Shown here piece by piece: positions 45,386 to 54,015 of a stretch of 64,000 nt of DNA. The translations under genes were made by a program, and so were the position numbers. Under the pieces are notes generated by a model, which was not told the origin of the DNA, ran no database searches, and was given only the letters and a program-made list of their open reading frames with translations. Every line of letters begins with the position of its first letter. The stretch's first letter is position 1. The stretch is from an uncultured Acholeplasmatales bacterium (GTDB lineage: Bacteria; Bacillota_I; Bacilli_A; Acholeplasmatales; Anaeroplasmataceae), in NCBI GenBank assembly GCA_944324725.1, contig CALUXJ010000001.1, positions 4,481 through 68,480 of the forward strand. The letters run 5' to 3'.

Positions 45386-47170
45386 ATGGAATATGGCTTT
45401 TTTCGTACATTAAAAAGACAGTTTAAAATAATAAATACCCAAAAGAAATACTATATTTATTTGCTTTATTTTTTAGAACTGATAGCTAAAGGTGCTATTC
45501 CAGTTATTAGTTTATTTATGTTAGAAATAGTGATTGATGCCTTGAGCAAAAACGACTTTAATTATGTTTTAAAACCCATTCTAATTATTATAGGATTGCT
45601 TTTAATTTTAGGCGTTATCTCAACCCTGTGTGAGCATTTAGAACAAAGTATATTTTTAAAAATTAGAATGACAGAATTTCCTAAACTTGCTCAGTTATAT
45701 CGCGAGATGAATTATGAATTTGTGGAGGATGAAGCTTTTAACGAGGAGTATCGCCTAGCAACAACTACCTTTGATGGCGATAATATGGGTTTTCAGGGAA
45801 CTTATTCGATTCTATTTAAAATTTTTCCAACGTTATTTACAATTATTCTTTTAACTATCCTATTAATAAAGATTAGTATTTATATTTTATTTGCCGTTTT
45901 GTTAAGCGCAGGAGTAGGTATTGCCATTAATCTTTTAATGTTTAAGTACCAAGCTAAGGTTTATCCTCGACTCAAAAATGCTAATAATCAAATTTATTAT
46001 TTTGAAAAAACTTTAGCTGATTATCATTATGGCAAAGATATAAGAGTTTATGGTATGCAAGACTATCTAGATAATATTTACTCTAATCAATTAATTTCCT
46101 ATAAGACAGTTTTAAAAGATATAGCTAATAAACGTTTTCAATATAGTTTTTTAGAATTACTATGTCTATTAATTTTAGATGCAGCAAGTTTCTTTTTGCT
46201 AGCTCAAGCTTACTATCAACAAATAATAACAATTGGTGCTCTAACTCTTTATTTGGGCGTAGTAGTAGCACTTAACACAAGTATAAAGACACTAGGTACT
46301 TTAGCTATCAGTTTAGTTAAAAATGTGAAATATACAAGTGATTACTATAATTTTTTGGAAAAATATGATTTTTACGGCAATTGGGGAACTAAAAAGGCTT
46401 TAGTGGATGAGGCTCTAACAATTGAATTAAAAAATGTTTCTTTTAAATATCCTAAAACTGATAAAATGGTTTTAGAAAATATTAATTTAAAAATAAGTCG
46501 AGGTGAAAAACTAGCTATTGTCGGAGAAAATGGAGCTGGTAAGTCCACCCTTATCAAATTAATTTGTGGTTTATTTAGACCAACGGCAGGTCAAATTCTT
46601 ATTAATGGTATCAATATCAATGAGTTTGCGAGAGAAGAGTATTATAAAATGATTGCCTGTGTTTTCCAAGAAGTAAATTTATATAGCGGAACAATTTTGG
46701 AAAATGTTTGTGGTGATACTCAAGATTTAGTCGCTAAGGAGAAAGCAAAAGCAGCATTAAGTAAGTTAGGACTAGATGCTAAAATTAATAGCTTACCTAA
46801 AAAATATGATCAGCCAGTTTTAAAAAGTGTCGAAGAAGATGGAGTTGAATTAAGTGGTGGCGAAGCACAAAGGATAGCTATTGCTAGAGCACTATATAAA
46901 GATGCGCCACTTGTAATTCTAGATGAGCCAACGGCTGCCCTTGATGCTTTAGCAGAAGCTAAGATATATGAATCATTTGCCGACTTAGTAAAAGGCCGAA
47001 CTGCCATTTATATATCACATCGACTCTCTTCTACTAAATTTTGCGACCATATAGCTTTATTTAGTAAAGAGGGCTTAATAGAGTATGGTACCCATGAGGA
47101 ATTATTGGCTTTACATGGCCATTATTACGAGATGTTTATGGTACAAGGTAAATACTATAGGGAGGGATAA
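45386..47170 (+). CDS. ABC exporter half-transporter (TMD-NBD), subunit 1 of a probable heterodimer
   Basis: Six predicted TMs followed by Walker A GENGAGKST, signature LSGGEAQRIAIARAL and Walker B LVILDEPTAALD. The start is set at ATG 45386 (GGAGGTGAGGG RBS) rather than TTG 45368. Confidence 0.88.
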   Translation: MEYGFFRTLKRQFKIINTQKKYYIYLLYFLELIAKGAIPVISLFMLEIVIDALSKNDFNYVLKPILIIIGLLLILGVISTLCEHLEQSIFLKIRMTEFPKLAQLYREMNYEFVEDEAFNEEYRLATTTFDGDNMGFQGTYSILFKIFPTLFTIILLTILLIKISIYILFAVLLSAGVGIAINLLMFKYQAKVYPRLKNANNQIYYFEKTLADYHYGKDIRVYGMQDYLDNIYSNQLISYKTVLKDIANKRFQYSFLELLCLLILDAASFFLLAQAYYQQIITIGALTLYLGVVVALNTSIKTLGTLAISLVKNVKYTSDYYNFLEKYDFYGNWGTKKALVDEALTIELKNVSFKYPKTDKMVLENINLKISRGEKLAIVGENGAGKSTLIKLICGLFRPTAGQILINGININEFAREEYYKMIACVFQEVNLYSGTILENVCGDTQDLVAKEKAKAALSKLGLDAKINSLPKKYDQPVLKSVEEDGVELSGGEAQRIAIARALYKDAPLVILDEPTAALDALAEAKIYESFADLVKGRTAIYISHRLSSTKFCDHIALFSKEGLIEYGTHEELLALHGHYYEMFMVQGKYYREG

Positions 47171-47172
47171 TT

Positions 47173-48927
47173 ATGCAAAGAATTTTAACTAAAATTATAA
47201 ATTTAGCCTATCACATTTATCCAACCTATTTTTATGTATTAATCTTTAAGGTTATAGTTGATACAGGAATCATTCTTTTTAATTCCTTTTATATTTCGTA
47301 TATTATAACCTTAGTAACTACAAAAAACTTTACCGCAATAGTTCCTAGTTTGATCTTTTTAATTGGTTGTGATGTATTTTTAAATGCAATATTAAAAGTT
47401 TTAAATAAATATAATGAATATCAAGTTGATTATTTAGCTAGACTCATTTACAAAAAAGTTGTTATGCATTTAAATGAGGTTAAATTTCAATATATTGAGG
47501 ACGCAAAAAATCAAGAGCGAATTGAAAATATTAAATTTGCGGTCTATTCCCAAGGAGCGATTAATCAAACCCTGACTAATTTTACCTCCTTTTTAACAGC
47601 TCTCATCACTATTATTTCTTTGATTGGTTCGCTCATTTTTTTAGAACCACTACTGATACTAATTACTCTAGTAGGTTTTATATTAACAATTTTAATTTCA
47701 CTGATTAATTATAAGGCTACAATGAAATTCTTTCATGATATTATTCCCATTAATAGACGTTATTCCTATTATTTAGATGTTTTGAATTTGCCGCAATATC
47801 AGAAGGATTTAAGAATTTTTTCTTTAGGCGAACATATGCAAAGACAACTTGTAATATTCTCTCATAAAACAGAAGAGCAATTTATAAAGTTTTCCTTAAA
47901 AAGTGGCATTATAAACGCAGTTAATACAATTTTTAATTATGTGGAACTAGGTTTAATATATCTCTTAATTGCTTACAATACTATTAGTAAAAAGCTTGGT
48001 ATACCTAGTTTTACTTTACAAGTTAATTTAGCTACTAATCTATATACTAATTTAAATACGGCATTTAGTAGTTTTGTGCAATTAATGCGGTTTAGAAATT
48101 ATTTAAGACCAATTGTTGAAGTAATGAATTTACCTAAAGCCCAAAGTATAGGAACGCTTAAGTTAAATCATTTTTCAAGTTTAGAATTTAGGAATGTTAC
48201 ATTTGCCTATCCAAATACGAATAGTTTAGTTTTAGATGATGTTAGTTTTAAAATTAACGCTGGTGAAAAAATTGCTTTAGTTGGTTTAAATGGGGCCGGC
48301 AAATCGACTATTGTTAAATTAGTTTGTCGTCTCTATGAGGTTGATAAGGGAGAAATCTTGATTAATGGTCACAATATTTTAGATTATGACTTAAATAGTT
48401 ACTATGAGTTGATTAGTACGGTTTTTCAAGATTATAAGCTTTTTGCCATTTCTTTACGGGATAATATTTTAATTGGCAAGGATAAAGATATTAGCCCAAT
48501 TTTAAAAGAACTAAATCTAACGGAAGTGATTGCTAAATTGCCACAAAAACTAGATTCTTATTATAGCAAGGAGTTTAATGAAAATGGAGTTGAGCTAAGT
48601 GGTGGTGAAGCCCAAAAAATTGCCATTGCCCGTTGTTTAGCTAGGAATAGTGACTTTGTCATATTAGATGAGCCAACAGCCGCCCTTGATCCATTAGCTG
48701 AAGCTAATATTTATGCCAACTTTAAAGAATTAGCAAGTGATAGGACAGCTATCTATATTTCTCACCGTTTGGCCTCAGCTATTTTTTGTGATAAGGTTTT
48801 AGTATTAGATAATGGTAAGATTGTTGACTATGCTCCACATAAGGTTTTAATGCAAAAACCCGAGAGTTTATATGCTAAATTGTTTAATTTACAAAAAGAA
48901 AATTATAAGACTGCAAAAAATATGTAG
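47173..48927 (+). CDS. ABC exporter half-transporter (TMD-NBD), subunit 2
   Basis: Walker A GLNGAGKST, signature LSGGEAQKIAIARCL, Walker B FVILDEPTAALD. Starts 2 nt after the upstream stop. Confidence 0.88.
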   Translation: MQRILTKIINLAYHIYPTYFYVLIFKVIVDTGIILFNSFYISYIITLVTTKNFTAIVPSLIFLIGCDVFLNAILKVLNKYNEYQVDYLARLIYKKVVMHLNEVKFQYIEDAKNQERIENIKFAVYSQGAINQTLTNFTSFLTALITIISLIGSLIFLEPLLILITLVGFILTILISLINYKATMKFFHDIIPINRRYSYYLDVLNLPQYQKDLRIFSLGEHMQRQLVIFSHKTEEQFIKFSLKSGIINAVNTIFNYVELGLIYLLIAYNTISKKLGIPSFTLQVNLATNLYTNLNTAFSSFVQLMRFRNYLRPIVEVMNLPKAQSIGTLKLNHFSSLEFRNVTFAYPNTNSLVLDDVSFKINAGEKIALVGLNGAGKSTIVKLVCRLYEVDKGEILINGHNILDYDLNSYYELISTVFQDYKLFAISLRDNILIGKDKDISPILKELNLTEVIAKLPQKLDSYYSKEFNENGVELSGGEAQKIAIARCLARNSDFVILDEPTAALDPLAEANIYANFKELASDRTAIYISHRLASAIFCDKVLVLDNGKIVDYAPHKVLMQKPESLYAKLFNLQKENYKTAKNM

Positions 48928-48947
48928 TCTTTTTTTCTTTTTTTTAT
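48908..48947 (+). terminator. Intrinsic terminator overlapping the ABC gene stop codon
   Basis: AGACTGCA-AAAAATA-TGTAGTCT (one G:U pair) followed by TTTTTTTCTTTTTTTT. Confidence 0.7.
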
Positions 48948-48953
48948 AATTTG

Positions 48954-48962
48954 TGGTATAAT
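48954..48962 (+). promoter_or_regulatory. Extended -10 promoter candidate (TGgTATAAT) for the tsaE operon
   Basis: TGGTATAAT at 48954-48962, about 31 nt upstream of the tsaE ATG. Confidence 0.45.
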
Positions 48963-48993
48963 TAGAGCGCTTTAAATTAAGGAGGGAATTTCG

Positions 48994-49443
48994 ATGGAAT
49001 TTTTCACCAATTCAGCTGAGGAAACTATAGCTTTAGGTATAAAAATCGCTAAGACTTTAATGCCTGGTGATGTCCTTTTGTTAACAGGTGATTTGTCAGG
49101 TGGTAAGACTACAATCACTAAAGGAATCGGTCAAGGCTTAGGCGTAAGGAGAATTATTAATTCACCAACCTTTAATATTGTTAAAACCTATCAGGGTCAA
49201 AATGTGACATTAAACCATTTTGATTTATATCGCCTACAGGGTTTAAATAATGATTTTGATTTAGAAGAGTATTTTACAAATGACAGTATTTGCGTAATAG
49301 AATGGCCTTATAATATTGAAGAGCTTTTACCGCAAGAATATTTAGCCATAGATTTAGTCGATTTAGGAGACAATAAGAGAAAAATAACGATCAGGCCAGT
49401 TGGTAAACGTTATGAAGGAAGGGATTATACATGTTTAGTTTAA
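48994..49443 (+). CDS. tsaE: tRNA t6A37 biosynthesis ATPase TsaE
   Basis: GDLSGGKTTITKG, SPTFNIV, HFDLYR. Confidence 0.9.
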   Translation: MEFFTNSAEETIALGIKIAKTLMPGDVLLLTGDLSGGKTTITKGIGQGLGVRRIINSPTFNIVKTYQGQNVTLNHFDLYRLQGLNNDFDLEEYFTNDSICVIEWPYNIEELLPQEYLAIDLVDLGDNKRKITIRPVGKRYEGRDYTCLV

Positions 49444-50009
49444 TTTGTGATTCAGCCACCTCAACCCTTTATATGGCTTTATTACATGATGATGAGGTCT
49501 TAGCTGAAAAATATTACGTAGATGGTCGTAATCATAGTGTTCACATTGTTTCAGGCTTAGCCGAGATGTTAAAGGCTAACCACTTAGAGGCTAAAAATAT
49601 TGATCGTTTCATTTGTGGTATTGGACCAGGTTCATATACAGGGGTTAGAATGGCGGTTACAGTAGCTAAAATGTTTGGCGCCTTTATGCCTACCAAGGTT
49701 TATCAAATATCAACTTTAGCTTTGATGTCTAGTGCGACTAGCGGTAAAGTTTTAACTTATATAGATGCAAGAAATGGTAATGTTTTTGGTGCTATTTATG
49801 AAAATGGTAAGCCACTAGTTGCTGATTCTTTTATAGCTTTAGCGGCTTTAAAAGAAAAAGCTTATGATATTGAGGTAGCTAATGGTAATTTTAAGGTTAA
49901 TCCTCAATTAGTCTTAAAGTTAGCTACTCCTGTAGCTGAACCAGACTTACTGGTTCCTAATTATTTACGTGACACAGAAGCGGAGCGTAATTTAAATGCA
50001 AAATTATAG
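49431..50009 (+). CDS. tsaB: tRNA t6A37 biosynthesis protein TsaB
   Basis: GIGPGSYTGVRMAVTVAK, plus its position between tsaE and rimI/tsaD. Confidence 0.88.
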   Translation: MFSLICDSATSTLYMALLHDDEVLAEKYYVDGRNHSVHIVSGLAEMLKANHLEAKNIDRFICGIGPGSYTGVRMAVTVAKMFGAFMPTKVYQISTLALMSSATSGKVLTYIDARNGNVFGAIYENGKPLVADSFIALAALKEKAYDIEVANGNFKVNPQLVLKLATPVAEPDLLVPNYLRDTEAERNLNAKL

Positions 50010-50370
50010 TGCCGAAATTAAGGCGCTAGAAGAAGCTAATTTTGGTTCTAGTTTTACAGATTTAACTAATTTCCAGGTTGAAATTATCACTAAAGAAAAT
50101 AATTTAGCTGCTTATCTAATTTATCAAGCAGTTTTAGATGAGGCGGAAATTGTTAGTGTTTATGTTAAACCAGCCTATCGTAAGCAAGGTTTAGCTACAA
50201 AGCTTTTCAGTAATATCAAAAATAAGTATCAAGAAATCTTTTTAGAAGTAAATGAAAATAATCAAGCAGCCTTATCACTTTATGCAAAATTAGGCTTTAC
50301 AACTTATAATGTAAGGCCTAAGTATTATCACAATAAGGATGCGGCTATTTTAATGAAATGGAGTCGATAA
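49996..50370 (+). CDS. rimI: Ribosomal-protein-alanine N-acetyltransferase-like GNAT (short, 124 aa)
   Basis: YRKQGLATKLF (acetyl-CoA motif A), NNQAALSLYAKLGF, and the conserved tsaB-rimI-tsaD context. Confidence 0.75.
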   Translation: MQNYSAEIKALEEANFGSSFTDLTNFQVEIITKENNLAAYLIYQAVLDEAEIVSVYVKPAYRKQGLATKLFSNIKNKYQEIFLEVNENNQAALSLYAKLGFTTYNVRPKYYHNKDAAILMKWSR

Positions 50371-50371
50371 A

Positions 50372-51364
50372 ATGTTAATTTTAGGTGTTGAATCTAGCTG
50401 TGATGAGACTAGTGTAGCTATTGTCCGGGATGGTAAAGAAGTATTAGCCAATGTTGTCTTATCACAAATTGATATTCATACAAAATTTGGGGGAGTAGTA
50501 CCAGAAGTAGCTTCTCGTAACCATGTTTATCAAGTATCATTAGTATTTAAGGAGGCTTTCACTAGGGCAGCCATTAAACCAGAAGAAATTGATGCGGTAG
50601 CTGTAACTTATGCCCCTGGTTTGATTGGTTCTTTATTGGTAGGCTTAACGGCCGCTAAGACTTTTGCCTTAATGTACAATAAACCAATAATTCCAATTCA
50701 TCATTTAGCAGGTCATATTTATGCTAATGCCATTGAGCATGAAATGAAGTTCCCAGCTATTGCACTAGTTGTATCTGGTGGTAACACTGAACTTGTCTAT
50801 ATGAAGGATAATTATGACTTTGCAATTATTGGCGAGACTTATGATGACGCAGTAGGTGAATCATATGATAAGGTAGCGCGGGTTTTAGGCTTAGGTTATC
50901 CTGGTGGACCAGTTGTCGATAAAATGGCGCAAAGCGGAAAGATAACATATAAGCTTCCTAAACCATATGTTGATAACTTTAATTTTAGCTTTTCTGGTTT
51001 AAAAAGCGCAGTTATAAATCTAGCTCATAATGAAGAACAAAGAGGAAATGCGATTAGAAAAGAAGATTTAGCAGCTTCCTTCCAAGATGTAGTTACAGAA
51101 ATTTTAGTTAACAAAACCTTTAAAGCTTGTGCGGCTTACAATGTTAAAAATATAATTGTTGCTGGTGGGGTTTCTGCCAATAAAGGTTTAAAGGAACGCT
51201 TTAATAAAGAGAATGATGGTAGTTATACTATCAATATACCAAGTATTAAATATTGTACGGATAACGCCGCTATGATAGCAGTAGCGGGCTATTATCGGCA
51301 ACAAAAAAAGAAAGATTTTGCTGATCTTTCTTTAAATGCTTATGCTAATTTGGAATTAGAATAG
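50372..51364 (+). CDS. tsaD: tRNA N6-adenosine threonylcarbamoyltransferase TsaD
   Basis: ILGVESSCDETSVAIV, HHLAGHI, GESYDKVARVLGLGYPGGP, VAGGVSAN. Confidence 0.96.
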   Translation: MLILGVESSCDETSVAIVRDGKEVLANVVLSQIDIHTKFGGVVPEVASRNHVYQVSLVFKEAFTRAAIKPEEIDAVAVTYAPGLIGSLLVGLTAAKTFALMYNKPIIPIHHLAGHIYANAIEHEMKFPAIALVVSGGNTELVYMKDNYDFAIIGETYDDAVGESYDKVARVLGLGYPGGPVVDKMAQSGKITYKLPKPYVDNFNFSFSGLKSAVINLAHNEEQRGNAIRKEDLAASFQDVVTEILVNKTFKACAAYNVKNIIVAGGVSANKGLKERFNKENDGSYTINIPSIKYCTDNAAMIAVAGYYRQQKKKDFADLSLNAYANLELE

Positions 51365-52412
51365 GAAATATAATATAGAATTTAACTCCATTGTTTAGAT
51401 TAATTAGTCCATAATCTAACTGGTGTTTTTCTAAAATTTCTTTTACGATATAAAGACCAAGGCCATTGCCATGGTCTTCTTTTTTTGTACGGGATTTATC
51501 AACGCGGTAAAAGGGTTCAAAGACCTTCTTTAAATCATCTTTGGCAATAGTAATACCATAGTTAATAATTTCTAAAACATGATAATTAGGAGTTTCTTTA
51601 ATTTCAATAGTAATTTTCTCTTTCCTTGGTGAATATACAATAGCATTTAAAATAACATTTGCTAGAACCTTTTTAAACTGAATAGCATTAAGAGGATAAG
51701 TGAAATCAAGGCTACCTAAGATAGAAATTTCTTTTTGGTATTTTGTGATTAAAGGAGCATAAAAGTTGAGAGTTTCTTCAATTAAGTCCCTAAGGTTGAT
51801 ATTTTTAGCTTCCAAATTGTAATTTGTACTATCGATTTTATAAATATTAACTATATCTTGTAGCATAATTGTTGTTTTATCACATTCACTGATAATATTG
51901 TTAAGCTCTTTAATTTTATCTTCCTCGGAAAAGATATCATCTAATATCCCTGATGCTGTAGCTTCAATAACGGCAAGAGGAGTTTTAATTTCATGGGAAA
52001 TGCTAGCGACTAGTTGTTTTTTATTTTCTAAATCTAATTTATATTGTTCGTAATAAGTGGTATTTTCATTTAAAACTTCTTGATATTGCTTTTCTAACTG
52101 TTTCATCTTAGTTGTCAAAATAGTTATTTGTTGATTTAATTCATTTAATTCGCGGATTTGTTCAGGCAAAAGTGAAGGGGCACAATTGCCATCATTGTAA
52201 TATTTAAGGTATTTTATTGTTCGTTTAATCGGTTTGACAAATAAAGAAAAAATCAAAAAAACATAGAAAAAAATCAAAATAAAAACTAGTAATATATTAA
52301 TTAAATAGAGGTAATTATTAGTACGAAAGAGAATGTTGATGATTAGGGCTAGGGCAAGAAAAAAAACCGCACTAATTGTTAGCAATACAAAACTTTTAGT
52401 TTTCATTGACAC
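51345..52412 (-). CDS. Sensor histidine kinase with two closely spaced TMs (intramembrane-sensing type)
   Basis: H-box SISHEIKTPLAVIE, N-box NVILNAIVYSP, G-box GNGLGLYIVKEI. The loop between TM1 and TM2 is only a few residues. The 3' end overlaps the tsaD 3' end by 20 nt (convergent). Confidence 0.88.
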   Translation of the reverse strand: MSMKTKSFVLLTISAVFFLALALIINILFRTNNYLYLINILLVFILIFFYVFLIFSLFVKPIKRTIKYLKYYNDGNCAPSLLPEQIRELNELNQQITILTTKMKQLEKQYQEVLNENTTYYEQYKLDLENKKQLVASISHEIKTPLAVIEATASGILDDIFSEEDKIKELNNIISECDKTTIMLQDIVNIYKIDSTNYNLEAKNINLRDLIEETLNFYAPLITKYQKEISILGSLDFTYPLNAIQFKKVLANVILNAIVYSPRKEKITIEIKETPNYHVLEIINYGITIAKDDLKKVFEPFYRVDKSRTKKEDHGNGLGLYIVKEILEKHQLDYGLINLNNGVKFYIIFPILIPN

Positions 52413-53076
52413 TAAACATATACCCTAAACCAAAAACAGTTTTAATATAGTTATAGGGTTTTAATGCCTTTCGTAAATTTTTAATGTATGTATCAACAAT
52501 ACGATTATCGACATAAACTTCCATACCCCATATTTCATCTAAAAGTAGACTACGAGAAAGAGCACGCTCCTTATTTTCAATTAAATAAGATAAAAGTTTA
52601 AACTCTGTTTTAGACAAGTTTAAATCCTGATTATCTAAAGATGCTTTCATTGACCCAAAGTCTAAAGAGATATTGGCTATGTTATAGGTTTTTTTCATGG
52701 TTTCAGGTTGTTTAATTCGTTCAAGTAAATTATTGACTTTCATCACGAGAATTTTAGGTTTAAGAGGCTTAACAATATAATCATCAATTTTTAAATTGTA
52801 GCCTTTAATCATATCACTTTCTTCTCCTAAGGCAGTCATAATTATGATGGGAATATTAGATGTAGAACGAATTCTCTTAGCCACTTCAAAACCATCAATT
52901 TTAGGGAGCATAATATCTAAAATAATTAAATCAAGCTTAGCATTAGCAAATATGTCTAAAGCCTTTTGACCATCAGTTGCCTCATAAACTTCGTAGCCTG
53001 CTCGCTTGAAATAATTTGAAAGTATTCTTAAAATATTTACTTCGTCCTCGACAATTAAAATATTACTTTTATTCAT
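52396..53076 (-). CDS. OmpR/PhoB-family response regulator
   Basis: ILIVEDE, receiver Asp in LIILDIMLP, and a winged-helix C-terminus (VDNRIVDTYIKNLRKAL...TVFGLGY). Overlaps the kinase gene by 17 nt. Confidence 0.92.
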   Translation of the reverse strand: MNKSNILIVEDEVNILRILSNYFKRAGYEVYEATDGQKALDIFANAKLDLIILDIMLPKIDGFEVAKRIRSTSNIPIIIMTALGEESDMIKGYNLKIDDYIVKPLKPKILVMKVNNLLERIKQPETMKKTYNIANISLDFGSMKASLDNQDLNLSKTEFKLLSYLIENKERALSRSLLLDEIWGMEVYVDNRIVDTYIKNLRKALKPYNYIKTVFGLGYMFSVNEN

Positions 53077-53142
53077 CTTTCATACCTCTTGCATCATTAT
53101 AGCATAAATTAAAATTTTTTTCTTTATTATCATAATAAAATT

Positions 53143-53151
53143 TGCTATAAT
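53143..53151 (+). promoter_or_regulatory. Extended -10 promoter candidate (TGcTATAAT) for 53182-54006
   Basis: TGCTATAAT at 53143-53151, in the divergent intergenic region. Confidence 0.4.
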
Positions 53152-53181
53152 AGTAAAACGAAAGGAAAGTGAGTGTTTTAT

Positions 53182-54006
53182 ATGCGTTTAAATCCAAAAG
53201 TTTATCAATTAGCTGAAGGTTATGAACCGGTTGAAACTCAAGAATTTGATGGTCGTATAGTGCAAGTTTATTATTTAGATGACTTTGATGCAATATATAA
53301 CCAAAATGTACCTAAGGGTAAATTTGTTGTATGGACTAGTGCAAATGGAACGGATTATAGATTATTTATTGAAAAAGGTTTTTATCATGAAGTACATGAA
53401 TTGTATACACAACCAATCAATAAAATATGGTTGGATTTCTGGGATCAATGTGATGATGTAACTAAGAAATATAATTTTAGAATTTTGATACCGCTAGCTA
53501 TTGTGTGCTTAGCGATATATATTATTTTAAACTTTATTCCAGGAATTGAATCATGGAGTATTTACGCTCAACTTGCAGTATTCATTGTTTTCATTGGTGG
53601 TATGTTAGTACTTAATAAGCTAACTAAAAACAAAATTGCTGAATATAATAAAGCCAGTGTTAACCTAATTAAAGAAGAATTAACACCAGAAGGCTTTGAT
53701 GCCATAATTGAAAAGCAAAAAGAGTATATTGATCGATTCTTTGATGAAAAGCAAAAAGAAATTGATGCGGAATTAGCTGCAGAGGAAGAAAAAGAAAAAG
53801 CAGAAGCTACAGAAGAAAATAAGGTGGCTTATGTAGATGAAGAGCCTTCAGACTCTGCTAGTGATGAAGTAAAAAGTGCTTTAGATGAGCCAAAAGATAT
53901 TGTTGAAGAACCTGATAATCTAATGCACGAACCTAAGGATGTTATTAAAAAAGCAGATAGTCATTTAGACGATGTAGTTGAAAACAAAAACAATAAACAA
54001 GAGTAG
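53182..54006 (+). CDS. Membrane protein of unknown function with an acidic C-terminal tail
   Basis: Two TMs (LIPLAIVCLAIYIILNFI, LAVFIVFIGGMLVLN) followed by an E/K/D-rich tail. The start is ambiguous between GTG 53173 and ATG 53182. Confidence 0.6.
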   Translation: MRLNPKVYQLAEGYEPVETQEFDGRIVQVYYLDDFDAIYNQNVPKGKFVVWTSANGTDYRLFIEKGFYHEVHELYTQPINKIWLDFWDQCDDVTKKYNFRILIPLAIVCLAIYIILNFIPGIESWSIYAQLAVFIVFIGGMLVLNKLTKNKIAEYNKASVNLIKEELTPEGFDAIIEKQKEYIDRFFDEKQKEIDAELAAEEEKEKAEATEENKVAYVDEEPSDSASDEVKSALDEPKDIVEEPDNLMHEPKDVIKKADSHLDDVVENKNNKQE

Positions 54007-54015
54007 GTAACATAT

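Noticed and set aside
53069-53293. 74-aa minus-strand ORF overlapping the response-regulator start and the divergent promoter.
   Set aside because: It overlaps the first codons of the RR gene and the 5' end of the + strand membrane protein gene. It has no supporting signals.
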